A stretch of 64,000 bases of DNA from the human T2T-CHM13v2.0 reference genome, Homo sapiens. This document shows, one piece after another, positions 1-14,893 of the stretch. The stretch lies in NCBI RefSeq assembly GCF_009914755.1, contig NC_060935.1; one strand, 5' to 3'. The first letter of the stretch is position 1, and each line of letters opens with the position of its first letter. A program made the position numbers and the translations under genes. The notes under the pieces are model-generated. The model was not told where the DNA came from, did no database searches, and saw only the letters and a program-made list of their open reading frames with translations.

Positions 1-2351
1 AGCGTTGGTGGGCCCGGGCTTTGGAACTCTGCCAGAAGAGCTCTTTGTGCTCCAACTTGGCTGGTGGCTTTAGGAGATATGGGAGGCTATAGAAATGATG
101 TTTGGAACCAGTGTTGTTTCCACTTGGTGCCCTTTGCTCATCTCCCTATTTTATGTTTTCATTTGTGTCTAAGCTATGTTCTTGTCTGTTATGTCTACTG
201 GATCTATGGTCAAGGCAGGGAAAACTCTGAATTCTCACTGTATCCCCACCGTCTTGCACAGTGCCTGGCACACAGGGGCAGTGGCTCAATGGATGAGATG
301 AAGAAGTGAATTCAAAGCCCTTGGCTAAGGGTCTAAAAATGTGGAGTTTATGAGAAGAAACATAGAAAATGTTTCATAAAATTCCTTCCACCTATACATT
401 GGCTAAAAATATGTGAAGGTTATTTTAAAATCTGATCACTTATAACTCCAGTTACGTTCTTATCTGACTTGACCAATGTAGGGCATTTCATTAGTGGAGA
501 AAAAGGTACATAGCTGTGATCTGGTTAGGAAATCATGCTTTTGTGTTGATTGTTCTGATGAATCAATGGAAGTATCTTCTAGCCATTTCTCTAGATGTTT
601 CAGCCAAAGAAGTCAGGTATATCTGTGATAGGCTGTCTTAAAATTATTAAAAAACCAAAAAGATAGGGAAACCAGCCAAGCTCTGTGTCCCATATTCCTG
701 TTAGTTTCCAGGAGGAGGCCGTGGGGTTGTTTTGCTTATTTCCCAAGGTTGTCAAACACAATGCTATCTCCAGCAACATTTTCAGAGCAATTTTGGAGCT
801 GCTTTGAAAGTTTTATTGTGTAGAGTGAAGGTGAACTGGAGTGGCAAAACCTGGTGAGGAGAGAAGATGCCATCGTGGGTTCATTTATTCTTCTAGTCAT
901 TCATATAAAAATCATTGATTCATTCAAAAGATGAAACCTGCTTTAATACTTTAAAAAATATCTTATTTTTAAGAGTGCTTTTGTGCCCAAAAATAACTTC
1001 TTAGAGTTAACTAGGATTTAATATTTAATCGAAGTTTTCCGTTTTTTATCTAGATTTTCTTAGAAATCACATCTATAAAACAAGTATTTTGTTCATAAAT
1101 TAAGATCATTTTCACTTGTTGTCAATTAGTACTTTATTCAGGCAACAGATTACACTTACCTACAAAATTAGTGCTGTTTGAAAGCTTGGATAATTAAATT
1201 TTCTTAAATATTTTAGACTGCATTTGTAAATTTAACATACCTGGTTTCCTTAAGCTCTTCAGATGTCTGACAGGGTAGATTTACCAGCCAAACAAGCAAA
1301 ATCTTTCTAAGCACTTAAGCAACTCTTGCAAATCAAATAAATTAAAGTTACAAATGTCACAAATTATTTTCATAAAGATTTCAATTCTTTTTACAACCGT
1401 AATCCAATTCTTAAACATTTCAGCTTAAAAGTCTCAAGTAAAAAATCAATAGTCATTTAAAATTGAAATCAGAAGACTGTTTTGTCAGATCCTGTTATAT
1501 GCTGTGTATTCTTTTAAATGTTATAAATACATACTGATTAACCCAATGATCACAAAGCCTTAATCTTAATATTATGATTTACTTCATCATTCTTTTTCAT
1601 CTTTTTAAACCTTTCCCAGATTTAAAATCACACACTCTGAAATAAGGGTAGTCGGTTTATCATCTCAGGTGGGCTCAGCGCCATCATATGGTTTTTCTCC
1701 GACTGTTTCAGGACCAGGACACAGGAATGGTCCAATCCTCTTCCAGGAATGATGGTTCCAGAATCATAGCTGCGTACACTGTAGTTCTTTCTGCTGTGTT
1801 ATCGAGGTCCCCAAGCCACTTCTCTGGAATTTCATTTCACCACATAGTAAACACGAATTCTCTAGGTTCCTTTCAAGTTGCTATCTTAATCACTTTTTGT
1901 AACTGCTTTCAACATTTATTGCCCGATTTGGGTCAGTGGACTTTTGTGCCTCATCCCAGGTTGTACCTAATTTCCTTTGTCACTTGATTAGATTCAACCA
2001 GTGTCCTTACTGCCTGAGTGAATTCTGCATGCTTTCCACATTTTTCCCATCTGACTCTCAACCACATATCTGGAGTTATTTTACAAACAAGTTACGTTTC
2101 CCCATTAGTTAGCATGAGTATGCCAAGTGACAAAAAGCAAAAGAAAGGAATTTACTATTTCTCATGGCTGGATCTCCCAGGGGTGCTTCTGGCTTTCAGT
2201 ATGGCTGGATGTGGGCACTCAAGCGATGTCAAAGGCACACTTCCATCCCTCTCAGCTCTGCTTCCCACTGTGCCAGCTTCCTTCTCAGGGAAGTGAGAAT
2301 CAAGTAGCCACTGGCAGCTCTAGGCTCTATTGCATTTTTCTTCATTTTCGC

Positions 2352-2353
<2 letters not shown>

Positions 2354-2381
<28 letters not shown>
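2354..2381. repeat. (TG)14 microsatellite
   Basis: Perfect TG run. Confidence 0.95.
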
Positions 2382-2382
<1 letters not shown>

Positions 2383-3739
2383 TTCATTCTTCTCAGCGTT
2401 TCCTGTGTAGTCACATAAGTTTGGGGAATGCTCCTTTAGGCAAAGTTATGGTGATCTTTACTGGACTTCACAGCTGTTAAAATGTTGATGTACTGTTTAC
2501 AGTGTGAATCTCCAACAAGGCAGGAGATTCCACATTCCCTTCTTAGGGCAACATTCTTATCACAGAGCATCTGGTGGAACTGGTTTTCCTCAGAATACAT
2601 CTGCAAACTCACTGAACTAATCTTGGTGGCTCCTGATCATTTGTACCCTGAATGGGAAAAGGACAAGTTAGAACTAAGTGACTTTATGTCAAGATGAACT
2701 TGCCAGTATCCCAGAGACCCAGAAGCAAAGGAGACATGGCTGGTTTTCCAGCTGCAGGGGCAGCTTTGGTTTCTGGCCACAGACAGCTCTGGCAAATATC
2801 GAGGCTGCCCTTGCTCATTGTGGCCTTCCCTCGTGTCACTGCCCTTCATCCTTGTCATAAGTGTCCCCCACTCCCACCCATGGATTAGATCCCTGGCTTC
2901 CCCTCTTCTGGGTGGCTCAGTTACAAAGGCTTCCTGTCAACTCAGGGTAAGCACGCAGTGCTCCAGGCACTGATATGGGAAGAATCCTGTGTATCAAGGG
3001 CCACATGCCCCTCCGGAATATTATGTTGGTGTTGAAAGGACATGGGGGAAGAAAGGTTACAATTTCAAAGCACAAAATCTGGGACTTGGATTCATGAGCA
3101 TCTGTTACAACTGCTCTCTTTCCTCCCTGCCAGCCACGGTCCTCTCCCACCATTCCCCTTTCTTCTTCATCAAATTATGAGAAATTTTAGATACATTAAA
3201 TTCCTAACCCCAAAGAGCAGATGCAAGAAAAGACACATGAGATTTTCTTTTAATCACTAGAACAAATTTGAGTCCTTTTCCATCTGTGACGCCATGCTTT
3301 CCCAATCAGATCCTCCTGTGGTTACCAGCCTAGGTGAAACAGGCACAGAAGCTGTGACCCTGCAAAGAATCATTGGGCAGGGAGCTGGGCTTAGAATCCA
3401 CTACTGGTGGTGAGTTTGCAGCAGAAACTTGCTCTATCTTGCCTCTGCACATTGAGTTTGTCAGGAGGTATTTAAGGAGCACAGACTGTGTCTTTGGAGA
3501 TGGAAGGCACGTGGTCCACCGAATGAACTTGACATTGCTGCAGCATTGCCCCTCAGTCCTCACGGCCTCAGTTTCTTCATTATGAAACACCCTTAAGAGT
3601 GACTAGGAGAGTATGTGCAAATGTTGAATAGTTTGGCATGTGGCACAGGCTCAGGGAACAGCCGTTGTTGCTACAGAAGGCAGCATGACACAGACTAGAA
3701 GGAGCACATATTTTGCAATTAGACATTTGCTTTTTAAAC

Positions 3740-3922
3740 CCAGTTCCAACACTGAATGACATCGGTCAGCGTACTTATTCTTTCAGCCTCTATTTCTTCA
3801 TTTGTAAAATGGGCAGGATGATACCTACCTTGCAGGTATGATATGAGGACTGGAGAAACCTATAACAATATATTTAAAGTACCCAGCACAATGCCTGATC
3901 ATGATAAGCACTTAGTTGTTAT
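3740..3922 (+). mobile_element. MIR SINE fragment
   Basis: Core gcctctatttcttcatttgtaaaatggg and 3' agcacaatgcctg; ends approximate. Confidence 0.7.
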
Positions 3923-4943
3923 CGCTAAGCAGGCCCCTGCATATATTTGGACGATAGGACGGCCCTTTGTATAGAGAATAGCTAGAAAACTGTGTAAGAG
4001 TGTATAGAAGCAAATAGAAATGTGTGACACTATGTAGGAATTTAAAGTAGGAGATGATGTGGGTGGGCTGGAGTATTTGAAGAAAGCCTTAAAGGAAGAA
4101 TTTGGAACAGGATGGAGGGCTGGGCACAAGAAGTAGAATTACAGGAGTGAAGTGTGCAGAGTTCCAGAGCTGCTGGACCCTTGTGGATTCATTCACAATA
4201 AGCCCCTTTTGAGCCCTCACTCTCCCTGCCTCATCCTCCCACCTTGGGACCACCCTCACATTCCCCTGCATTTCTGTGCGATGTTCCAGGTTGGGTTTTG
4301 GAAGCCAAATAGTGTTGAAGGAGAAGGTGATGAAAACAGGTTTTTAGTAAGCCTTTGTCTTCCTGCCTGATCAGCAGAGCTCAAGATGTACAGGCAGGTA
4401 TCTTCCAAGCTGCTGGAATGAACTAGAACTTTGGGGTTATGTGTGTGTGTGGCAGACGTTCTGTTGGCTTTCAAAATCTCAACCACTCAGCATTTCCCAG
4501 GTTCCACGCTGCCACTTTGTAGGGCTTTCAGCAAGACTGTGGAAGACTGAGTGGTAGAATAATGAGGTTAAGTCAATGCTTTGGTATCAGACCTGCCACT
4601 CCTGCCTGAGCGGCCTTTAACCAGGCTGCCTGGCCTCCCAAGCCTGGCGTCCTCCTGAGAAAGTGGGCTGTGTCACATCTGGTGTGTGCTGAGAATTGAC
4701 ATAATACAAAACTGTCTGCAGTCACAGTAAAGAGGTTAGTTGGTTCTGGAATCAGAATGGCTCGATCAAGATCCACTCTGTCTCTTCCTAGCCCTCTGAC
4801 CTTGTACAGGGTATCTATTTTTTTCTAAGCCTCACTTTCTCTGCCTGTACAATAGAAAAACAATAATACTTACCCTTTTCCCCTATAGGTCAATTAGAGT
4901 AGTGTCACACTGATCTTGGAATTCTGCTTTATTGTCTACGTGA

Positions 4944-5900
<957 letters not shown>

Positions 5901-6582
5901 TGGTGGTATTGGCAGGTGGGGAGATGGTACAAAAGAAAAAAGAAAGAAAGAACCATTGCTAGGAGACTGGACTTAGGCAGCTTGGGACTGACCTCATTCG
6001 GTTGGAGGGTTGGGAAATGAAGAACATCTATTTTAGATGTATTTGGGGATATTATTAGAGTTAGAGCTGCTAACCAAGTTGACAGGTTTCTCCTAACTGT
6101 TGCCGCTCTCCCTCGCTCGGCGTTTCATTCCAGGAGTGAAGTCTGCAGAAGTCATACAGCAGCTCTGCCCTCTGACCCGACAGGTGCCTGCTGCGGAGTC
6201 CTTCCCTGCATGCTTTTAGCTCTAGTCCCCAGACTCACTGCCCCTACTCTGCCACTAGGCCTGGGAAGGAACAAATTGGTTTCCATAAAATTCTCAGGAT
6301 GAAGTTGAGAATGGGGTAGGACATGGGTAGTGTCTGTAGCCACCCCTGCTATGGAAGCACTTAGTTTGGGGAAGGTATCTGTCAGCCTCTTCACCCAGCT
6401 TCCAATCCCAGACAGCAATGATTGATGTGGAGATGAGTCACATCTGAGGCAAGAGAGCTTTGTCCGGGGCTTCATGGCACAGATTGGATCTTTTCGGGGA
6501 TGGTGTTTGTCTGTCTGTGTCATCAGCCTGAGCTGGAACAGCCTGAGGTTTTGGTGCTCAGGATGTGTGTTTGTCTTGGCAG

Positions 6583-6721
6583 CTGGGACGACAGCAGCTC
6601 CGTCAGCAGCGGCATCAGCGACACCATAGACAACCTCAGCACTGATGACATCAACACCAGCTCCTCCATCAGCTCTTATGCCAACACACCTGCCTCCTCT
6701 CGAAAAAACCTGGATGTGCAG
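6583..6721 (+). CDS. NAV2: NAV2 exon A, 139 nt, phase 2 to 0
   Basis: ttggcag|CTGGGAC...GTGCAG|gtgagg; (S)WDDSSSVSSGISDTIDNLSTDD...RKNLDVQ. Confidence 0.95.
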
Positions 6722-8224
6722 GTGAGGAACACAGGCCCTCCCAGGCTCCTCCAGCAGCCTCTGGCAGCAGGGAACCTTGGGCTTGTGGGGTAAGAGGGCC
6801 ATTTGGGGCAACCAGAATCTCCAGGTTGATGAGATGAGGCCCAGCCTCCTGCCGCCTCTGCTCTCACCTCCTGACCCTGACCTGTGTCCACAAGGGAGGG
6901 GTCAGGCAGCGGATGGTGGACACGGGAGTAGGGAGGCTTCACCACCCTCACTGTGTGGACTTGATGAAATCACTCTTCCTCCCTGGACCTCGGTTTCATA
7001 ATTTGTTTAAAAACAAACAACAGAAAAGGATGTGGGACTTTAGCAATTTTCAGCCCAGAGTGTGTGTCTCTTATTTGCCGCAGCAAGCCACTGCTATCCA
7101 GGGGCACGTGTCTAATCCCTGTAGGAGGATGGGGTGGAAATAAAGATTGAGAACCCTGGACCGGAAGGCCAGGATGTCCTGACCTGTGGTTGAGAACTCT
7201 GTCTCTGGGTTACATTCCCCTGCTGACGTGTTTTATTTGGCCCACAGTGTTACCCTTCTTTTAAACTAGATTCCCTGTCAAATTTTTAGAATTATATTAT
7301 TTCACATGAAAATGTCTTCCTGGTTGCTCTTGAGAAAAACAAAGATATTGCTTCCTTGAGCCTACATTCTCCATGTGGTGACAATCAACAGATGTCCCAG
7401 TATCCAACCCCTTAGACCTGCCACTCCTGCTCCAGTGTGCACAGCTGCTACCCTGCTGGCCAGCTGTACTCCTTAAATTACCTGCCTGACCCCAAGGCAC
7501 TGGAGTTTTCCATTCCTACTTTAAGGCTTCAGATTTCATGTTTCAAATGTGGTGTAGTTTCATGTGGACACGTTCACTGACCCTCAGACCATTCCTTCAT
7601 GATTGGCAAGGGATGGTTCTGAAAGGCCCATTTTACTAGTGGAAACGTAAAGTGCTGTCCTCACAGCTTGTCCCCAGTTTGGGACTGACCAGCACCAGAA
7701 CTGGCCAGCTGTGGTGGCATTGGCGTCGTAGGCTGGAATCTTTTTCATGATTGATCCCTCCCATTTGCAGGCGCCACCCCTCCCCACCCCCCATCTTTGG
7801 CGAACCCTTGGAGAAATCTGTTTGGGACAAAGTCTCTCAGAGCAATCTTGCGGGGAGGCAGAACTAGCACTGCCCCGTCTTTCACTCCCTTCCATAACCT
7901 CTTCTTTCTCAGCAGTGCTTTACTTCATACAGATAGGAGCTGATTTGGAAATCTATTTTCTTTTAAAGGTATCTCTTCTTTGACAATAGGGCTAAAAAAA
8001 AAAAAAGGATGTATCAGAATGTGGGAGTAATTCTGTCCCACAGAAATGGAAACGTTTAATGCCTGATGAAATACATTAGGTGTTGCCCCTGGGATTCCCA
8101 GTTACTTCTTGTATTCTTCATTTGAGCCAGACTTTCTGATTATTGTTCAGAAACCCAACCTAGTGACAGTGGGTGGTGGTAGTTGTTTTAAGAAACAAAA
8201 ACTACCCATATGACTAGAAAGGGG

Positions 8225-8335
8225 GCCATGGGTAATGCTCTGTATGTTAATCTGAGCAGTGGCTATGTAAGTATGTTAATTTTCTAAAATGTATTCAAGC
8301 TATGTACTTAAGATTTGTGTACTTTACTGTACAAA
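8225..8335 (+). mobile_element. Old L1M 3'-end fragment
   Basis: tcaagctatgtacttaagatttgtgtactttactgta followed by an A-rich tail. Confidence 0.6.
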
Positions 8336-11300
8336 AACCAAACAAACAAAACCTAAGCCACACTTCACAAGCCGATCACTGTTTCATCAGTGATTAGACG
8401 CAAGTCAGAAGTGCCCAGCCAGGCTATGCTCCTGCCACCAATTTTCCTTTCCTTGTGAACACTAATTTTTTTTTCCTGAGGCTCATTGTATATTCAAGAT
8501 AAGAACAACCAGACTGTCCTTAGATACTAAGGAAGGAACCAAGGAATTGCTCACCTGCATCTACATATTCAGGAGGCAGGCTATTAGAGGTACTGCAGAG
8601 AGAGAGAGAGAGAGATCCATGAGGTTTCCATTTTTGACTTACAAGGTAGGAGAAGCTTGCTCCTGAGATGCAGGTGGAGCCAGTAAAACACTGTACTGGA
8701 AGAATGTCCTTGCCTTTGTTCCCTTCTTGCAAAGCTGGAATTGAAATCTCTGGTTCCACATTGATAAACAACTCGGATTTGTACATGATTTTCTAGCTGA
8801 TACAGTCGCCCCAGCTCTTTAGACCAGCTCTTTGCTTTCATCTTGTAAATGTCACATCAGAAAAGGCTGCAGGATTCTGCACAAACATGCCTTTTGATCA
8901 AGATCAGAAGTTATTTTAAGGGATGTAAATGGTTTACTACTCATTGGGTAGGTTTTTTTTCCTATAAAACTACCTGAGTTTAAAATGTTGAAATGAAAAC
9001 TAAAAAAAAAGTAGGTCTTAAAGTAAACTAAATGCAGATTACACCAATAGTTACTAAGATTTCTAACGCAATGGTTTCTTTAAATGGATTTTTAGTGACA
9101 TTCCTTTTGTTCCTGTCCAGGGAGCATCTCAAAATATTTGAATCAGCATAATTCACAGGCTCCCATCCTCCTCCCTCATATCACGCTGAGGAATGCTAAG
9201 GGCCATTACTCCTGTCTGAGCGGCATCAGGCAATGGGAAGATGTGCGTTGTACCCTTCCCAAGAGCTGCGCCTTCTATGCTGTGGCTCATTTGGGTTCCT
9301 GTCACATACTGGTTTACCCTGGAACAGGTGGGCAGCACACAGTCTGCCAGGCAAGGCGTGGGGAGGCAGGGAGAAGTGGCTCAGCATGTCCATCAGGAAA
9401 GCAAATTGAGGACAGGTTGCCTGCCTAGGTTTTTGCTGTTTGAAAAGCCTCTGAGAAATAACTAAAGCATCTCAGGAACAGGGAAGTTATTGTCTGGAAA
9501 ACCTAAGAAACAGCCTCGTGTAGCTGATTGAAAGAAGAGGAGACGGATCATTGGGAATGGAGATTCCTTTTGTCTGTGAGGGACTCCGCTATCACTGGGG
9601 ACATTGAGGAGCAACGGAGAATGCCCCCCACAGAGCACAGGTGCCCAGCTGTCCAGCATCAGCTCCTGTGCCCACTGTTTCCTCAGGGCCAGGCAGAGAA
9701 TCCCCTGCTTGAGGCCCAAGAGCCTCTTGAGCAACTCCTCCAGGAGAGCTGGTGAGTCCGGTTGGCCAAGCAAATTGAGGTGTCAGGGAGTAGGTGTGGA
9801 CCTGGAAGCCACATGATCTTGAGTTGTGCTCCTCACTCTATGACATCCTTGGATGAACTAAGCACTCTCTCCGAGCCCCTGCCTCCTCATCCATAACATG
9901 GCACTAATTAGATGCACCTTCAAGGGTGAGTGTGAAAGTAACAGGGAAATGCTTTATCAGCACATGCTTCCCTAGGTGCCTGAGACTGGATGGTTCCTCA
10001 GAAGTTACTTTCTTTCCTTCTTCCTTCCCTCCATTTCTCTTATCTCTCCCTCCCTTCCTCCCTCCTCTCCTTCCCTTCGTCCCTTCCCAGCCCCTGCCAC
10101 CTGGGTTAACTGTTCCTCTGCCTCCAGCCTCCATTCATGGCAGTTAACTAAAGGTTGACTACGTTCTTAATATATTTTGTTTGTAGTCTCAAAGCAACTC
10201 ATCTTACTTTGCAGTATTTTATTTTGAGGACAGATGTTGGTGGCAAAGGGCTTTAACAAACACACGCAACTCCCTCACATATTCATCTGTACATTCAGTA
10301 TTTTCTCTCAGTTCTGTGGAAGGCACCATCCCAGGTGCTGAGGAGCAAAGATGCACACATCAAGATTTCCTCTCATTTTCAATGCCTGTGAAATGTTTAA
10401 TAACATATGCGGAGGAAAAAGATAATTCCATGTCAGTTTATTTTTTGCTACTCAGGGAAATAAAATTCTGAATTATGTGGCAAGGATTCCTGTCTTGTGT
10501 GGCCTTGAATGACCCTAGAGCTCTCTAGATGTTGGCATGGATGTAGGGATGGGGTTTGGCTGGGGGTGAGGAGGGGTGCCCCCTTCTGCTCACCCGCTGG
10601 GTAAGTTACTTTTCCTCTTCAGCCCTGTATTTTCCTGATGTGTAAAATGTGGATAATAACACAGCCTGAGAGGATAAGATGAGTTCAGGATGTATGTGGA
10701 GGGACACAGTGCCTGGCAGGATGACTGGCAGGCGATGATGTTGATGCAGATAATTATCTCCATGGTCACTGGGGCTTAAACTTGAGCCAGCTCAGCATCT
10801 AGATCCGCAAGGGATATGGCACAGGGAGGGAATATCCCTGCCTTCCAAAGGCCTGTGGCCCAGTGGCAGAAGAGACAAGTACCTGTTCTCCCATAATGCA
10901 AGACAAAGGCAGGATAAATGCTAAAGATGGACAACAGAGTGCTGGGGATTTTCAGAGGCAGGAAAGTTGGTAATGAATAGAACCACTGTTTATTGAGTCC
11001 CCCCACACTGAGTTCACTGAGTTCACCATCAATGCTGTAAGAGACCTATTTATCATCCATGTTTTATACATGAGTTAATAAGTTCAGATAAGTAGGGCAA
11101 TGTCTTCCAAGGTCATGCACAGCAAATGAGTGGCAGCACCGAACACTTGAACCCAGATCTGTCAGACCCAAAGCCCACACTCTTCCCCCACATCATGCTC
11201 CTCAGGCCTCACCTCTTGCTCTCAGAAGACTGGCCTCCCTTCTGAAGTCCCTTGTGCGTGGCTTCTTTCCTCACCTTCCCATGTGGATATCGAATGACTA

Positions 11301-11838
11301 CATAGACTTCCAAGAACAGGCAGAAGAAAACCCTTCAGAAAGGAGGTACCATTGAGATGGAAACAACTGGCCGAGGCATGGAGGGGAAGGCAGGATAGAA
11401 CTCTTCGTACGTCCCCATGTGGATGTCCTGTTGGCTGGTTCCGCTGTTGCGAGCTCCAGGAACAGAGAGGCTGGGACTTTCTCGTTTTTTAATCCCAAGG
11501 AGTGCCACCTTATAGTCCGGCATGTAGTTCATGAAGGATTCAGAGTAGAGCTGGGAAGGTGACCACCCTGGACCAAGCTAGGGAGATGTGATGGCTGGAT
11601 GATTGTTCTTTCCAGAGAGAGAAAGTCAAGCCACATTCCCAGGCCAGGGGCATGTGCGCTGTCTCTGCCACTGATGGAAATGGAGTTGTATGGGTCCCAC
11701 CTAGAGGCTAAGCTAGAGCTGCTCTAGAACTGGGGTTGGGGAGCCTGCCAGTATGGAAGGAGAATCTGCTGGGTATAGATATTAGGTGCTACTGAGTATG
11801 CACAAATGTATCATATACCTCGACTTATCCTTAGGGAG

Positions 11839-12090
11839 GGCAGTGTGGCATGGTGGTTAAAATGTGGGCTCTGCAGTTAGACTCCCTGAATTCCCTGCAT
11901 CTCTACTTCCTCACTATGTGATCTTGGGAAATTTTCTTTTCACTGTTTGCCTCAGTTTTGTCATGTAAAATTGAGACTATTAACTGTAATTTCCTCATAG
12001 GTTTTTGATAAGGATTAAATTTAATGATACATATCAAACACTTTAGCTTAGTGCCTGGGACGTAGTAAGTACTCAATAAATTGTAGTTGT
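11839..12090 (+). mobile_element. MIR SINE, near full length
   Basis: ggcagtgtggcatggtggttaa...gcctcagttttgtcatgtaaaat...tagtaagtactcaataaat. Confidence 0.8.
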
Positions 12091-12239
12091 TATGCTACTA
12101 GTATTAGCACCATTACAGTTTGATTGGGGGGAAATAAGTATAGGAACATTAAAAGAATAAATAATGCAGTAACCCAGGATGTGGCATGTGCTAAATTTTC
12201 AGTACCTCTTAGAGCATATTAGAATATGTTAAAATGTAC

Positions 12240-12750
12240 TTGAATGTAAGCTCCATGAGGTTAATGATTTATACTTGTTCATTGCAGTATTCCTAGTGCG
12301 AATAAGCTTTCCTGGCACGTAGTGGCACCCAATAAATATTTGTGAAGTGAATGTTCCAAAGCCAAGTTATTTTCTGCCTCAGGACCTTTATACATGTGGT
12401 TCCCTCTCCCTGGTATGCTCTGCCCCAAACTCTTCTTTTACTAAGTAAGTTTCTTTTCTTTCTTTAGGGTACTTCTTTTTGAACTGATCACTGTCGCCTA
12501 CCCACCTCATTGTCATCTAAATTAGGTCAATGTCTATATTTATTTCTCAGACTTTTTGTCTTTTTCCTTATAATAGTCTTCGTAGTCTACAATTACACCC
12601 TTGTTTGTGTTTATTTATTCTATCTCTGCCTGTTTCACTGGATCGTAAGCTCCACCATGGGTGGGAAATCAGTCTTATCCCCAGATTCTCTGACCCTCCG
12701 TGGTGCCTGGCAGACAGCAAGCATGGAGTAAATTCTGGTTGGATGAATGT
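12240..12750 (+). mobile_element. L2 3'-end fragments
   Basis: tgtaagctccatgagg...cctggcacgtagtggcacccaataaatatttg and a second similar copy; ends approximate. Confidence 0.6.
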
Positions 12751-14054
12751 ACTGGAAGTGTTTAGAGGAAGGAAACTGACCTGAGGTAGTTGGGACAAAG
12801 AATGGGCAACTTTAGTTTCTGTAAGATTGAGATACAGATAACAGTACTTGAGTACTTGTGTACTTACCCTTTCTGATTAAATAGAGGCTGAGATCGGATA
12901 AGATAATTTTGCTAATGTCTGTTGTGGCCTGAAAAGCGTGTGTTCCTTGGCTCCTTCCTAGGCTCATTCATTCGCTCATCAAGCTTTGAGTGAGCTCCTG
13001 CCCTGTGCCCACATGTAGGAACTCCCCTCTCTCTGTCCCTTGCCACAGCTGAATGATGAGCTTCTCATAGCCAGGCAGTGTGTGTTTGTCCTCCTCATAT
13101 CTCTAGTGACTAATACTTAGCTGGAAAAAAACAAATGAAAGAACTCATAAGGTGTCTGTAATGGATGAGTGGAATTCATAAGGGGAGAAGGGGTTGGGGT
13201 GGTGTTGGGGAGGCGATTGAACTTGGGCTGCCTATCTGTTTTTAGCTTTTATCCCATTCAGCCATTGTATTCCATGGAGGAAGGCATTTCTTCCACTCTT
13301 GGATGACAGGCGTTAGGCAGATTCTTGCCAGGTGTTCATTTTAATTTCCTATCTTGCCTACTCTCGGTAGTTAAGCATTGCAAATATGGGACTGGTATCT
13401 TAGTATACCCACCCTGAAAGCGCTCCTGACCTCCCTTCCCCATTTACTGTGCTGCTTCTCGCTACTGACATCCTCCAACTGGCCTCAAACCCCAGGAGGC
13501 CTCCAAAGCATTCTGGTCAGCTTTATGCCTTTTAGCTGCAGGAGATCATTAACGTCACACTTCGGTCCCCTTCTGGGTTTTATGGCCAGCAGGTCAGGGC
13601 TCTTCCAAAGAAAGCTGGCTAATTATATCCCTTGTCAGAACAAAATCCCACAAGGGGAGCAAAGCAGTGGCATATAAATAATGCTGGGGTCGGAGCAGGC
13701 ATCATTGGCTCTCCGCATTTGGGGGAAGTAGCATTTGAGGATGCGCTTCCCCTCAGCTCCTGGCTCTCCCTGATTTGCGTAGAACCAGCAGCCACCCTTG
13801 CTCCCTTGCTTGGTGTGTTAGATCCAAAGATCTCTCTGCGGTGCAGTGATGGGAAGAAGGCAGAACAAAGGGAAACGGGCCAGGAGACTGGATGCTGGTT
13901 AGAGATCAGCCGCCAGAGTTGGAGGAGGCTTGTTCAAGTGGCAGAAAATAGGTGGTGGCTGAATTCCCACTGCATCTCCATCTGCTCTGCCCCTTCCCCT
14001 CGCTAGGGCTCTTTCCTTCTTTTTTCCTGGGCCCCTTTTCCTCTCTTCCCTCAC

Positions 14055-14362
14055 TCCTTTCTTTTGCTTTTCTTTTCTTCTTTTTTGAGACAGTCTCGCC
14101 CTGTCATCCAGGCTAGAGTACAGTGGTGCGGTCACGGCTTACTGCAGCCTCCACCTCCCCGGGGTGATCCTCCCACCTCAACCACCCGAGTGGGTAGAAC
14201 TATAGGCGTGTGCCACCACACTCAGCTAATTTTTCTATTTTTTGTAGAGATGGGGTTTTGCCATGATGCCCAGGCTGGTCTTAAACTTGTGGGATCAAGT
14301 GATCCTCCCGCCTCAGCCTCCTAAAATATTAGGATTATAGGCGTGAGCCACTGTGCCCAGCC
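14055..14362 (-). mobile_element. Alu (AluJ-like)
   Basis: Diverged dimer with J-type gatcctcccacctca and ttttgtagagatgggg. Confidence 0.9.
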
Positions 14363-14601
14363 ATCTCGTTCCATTCCATTCCAGGGATACATTGATATTA
14401 TTTACTTTTTTATTTTTTTTTCCAAAAAAAAAAAATCAGTCTTTCTAACAAGATAACCAGAGTACAAAAGTCCAAACATCTTTAAAGTAATGCTTATTTT
14501 TCCCTTAACTACTCCAGTGTTTTGGCATTTTTGCCTTTGGAGTGAGGGGCTTCCCAGCCTGGGACTGGGGAAGGACTAATTCAGAGAGTCTCTGTCCACA
14601 G

Positions 14602-14893
14602 ACTGATGCTGAGAAGCACTCACAGGTGGAGAGGAATTCCCTGTGGTCTGGTGATGATGTCAAGAAATCAGACGGAGGCTCAGACAGCGGCATAAAAATG
14701 GAGCCAGGTTCCAAGTGGAGGCGGAATCCTTCTGATGTGTCTGACGAGTCCGACAAAAGCACGTCGGGCAAGAAGAATCCTGTCATCTCCCAGACAGGCT
14801 CATGGCGGCGAGGCATGACAGCTCAGGTGGGCATCACCATGCCAAGGACGAAGGCTTCAGCCCCGGCAGGCGCACTGAAGACCCCAGGAACTG
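14602..14893 (+). CDS. NAV2: NAV2 exon B, 292 nt, phase 0 to 1
   Basis: ccacag|ACTGAT...GGAACTG|gtaaga; TDAEKHSQ...LKTPGT. Confidence 0.95.

Noticed and set aside
1620-1990. Possible processed pseudogene next to an AT-rich, UTR-like stretch (about 900-1640)
   Set aside because: The frames I translated gave no recognisable protein, and I saw no poly(A) or TSD. A BLAST search would settle it.
6152-6811. 219-aa minus-strand ORF
   Set aside because: Antisense shadow of exon A plus GC-rich flank; no recognisable domain
10007-10090. CT-rich tract as H-DNA or a coding ORF
   Set aside because: Imperfect low-complexity repeat of a common intronic type, with no clean mirror symmetry
13668-13685. TATA-like catataaata as an internal promoter
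   Set aside because: Single short motif with no CpG island and no supportable first exon
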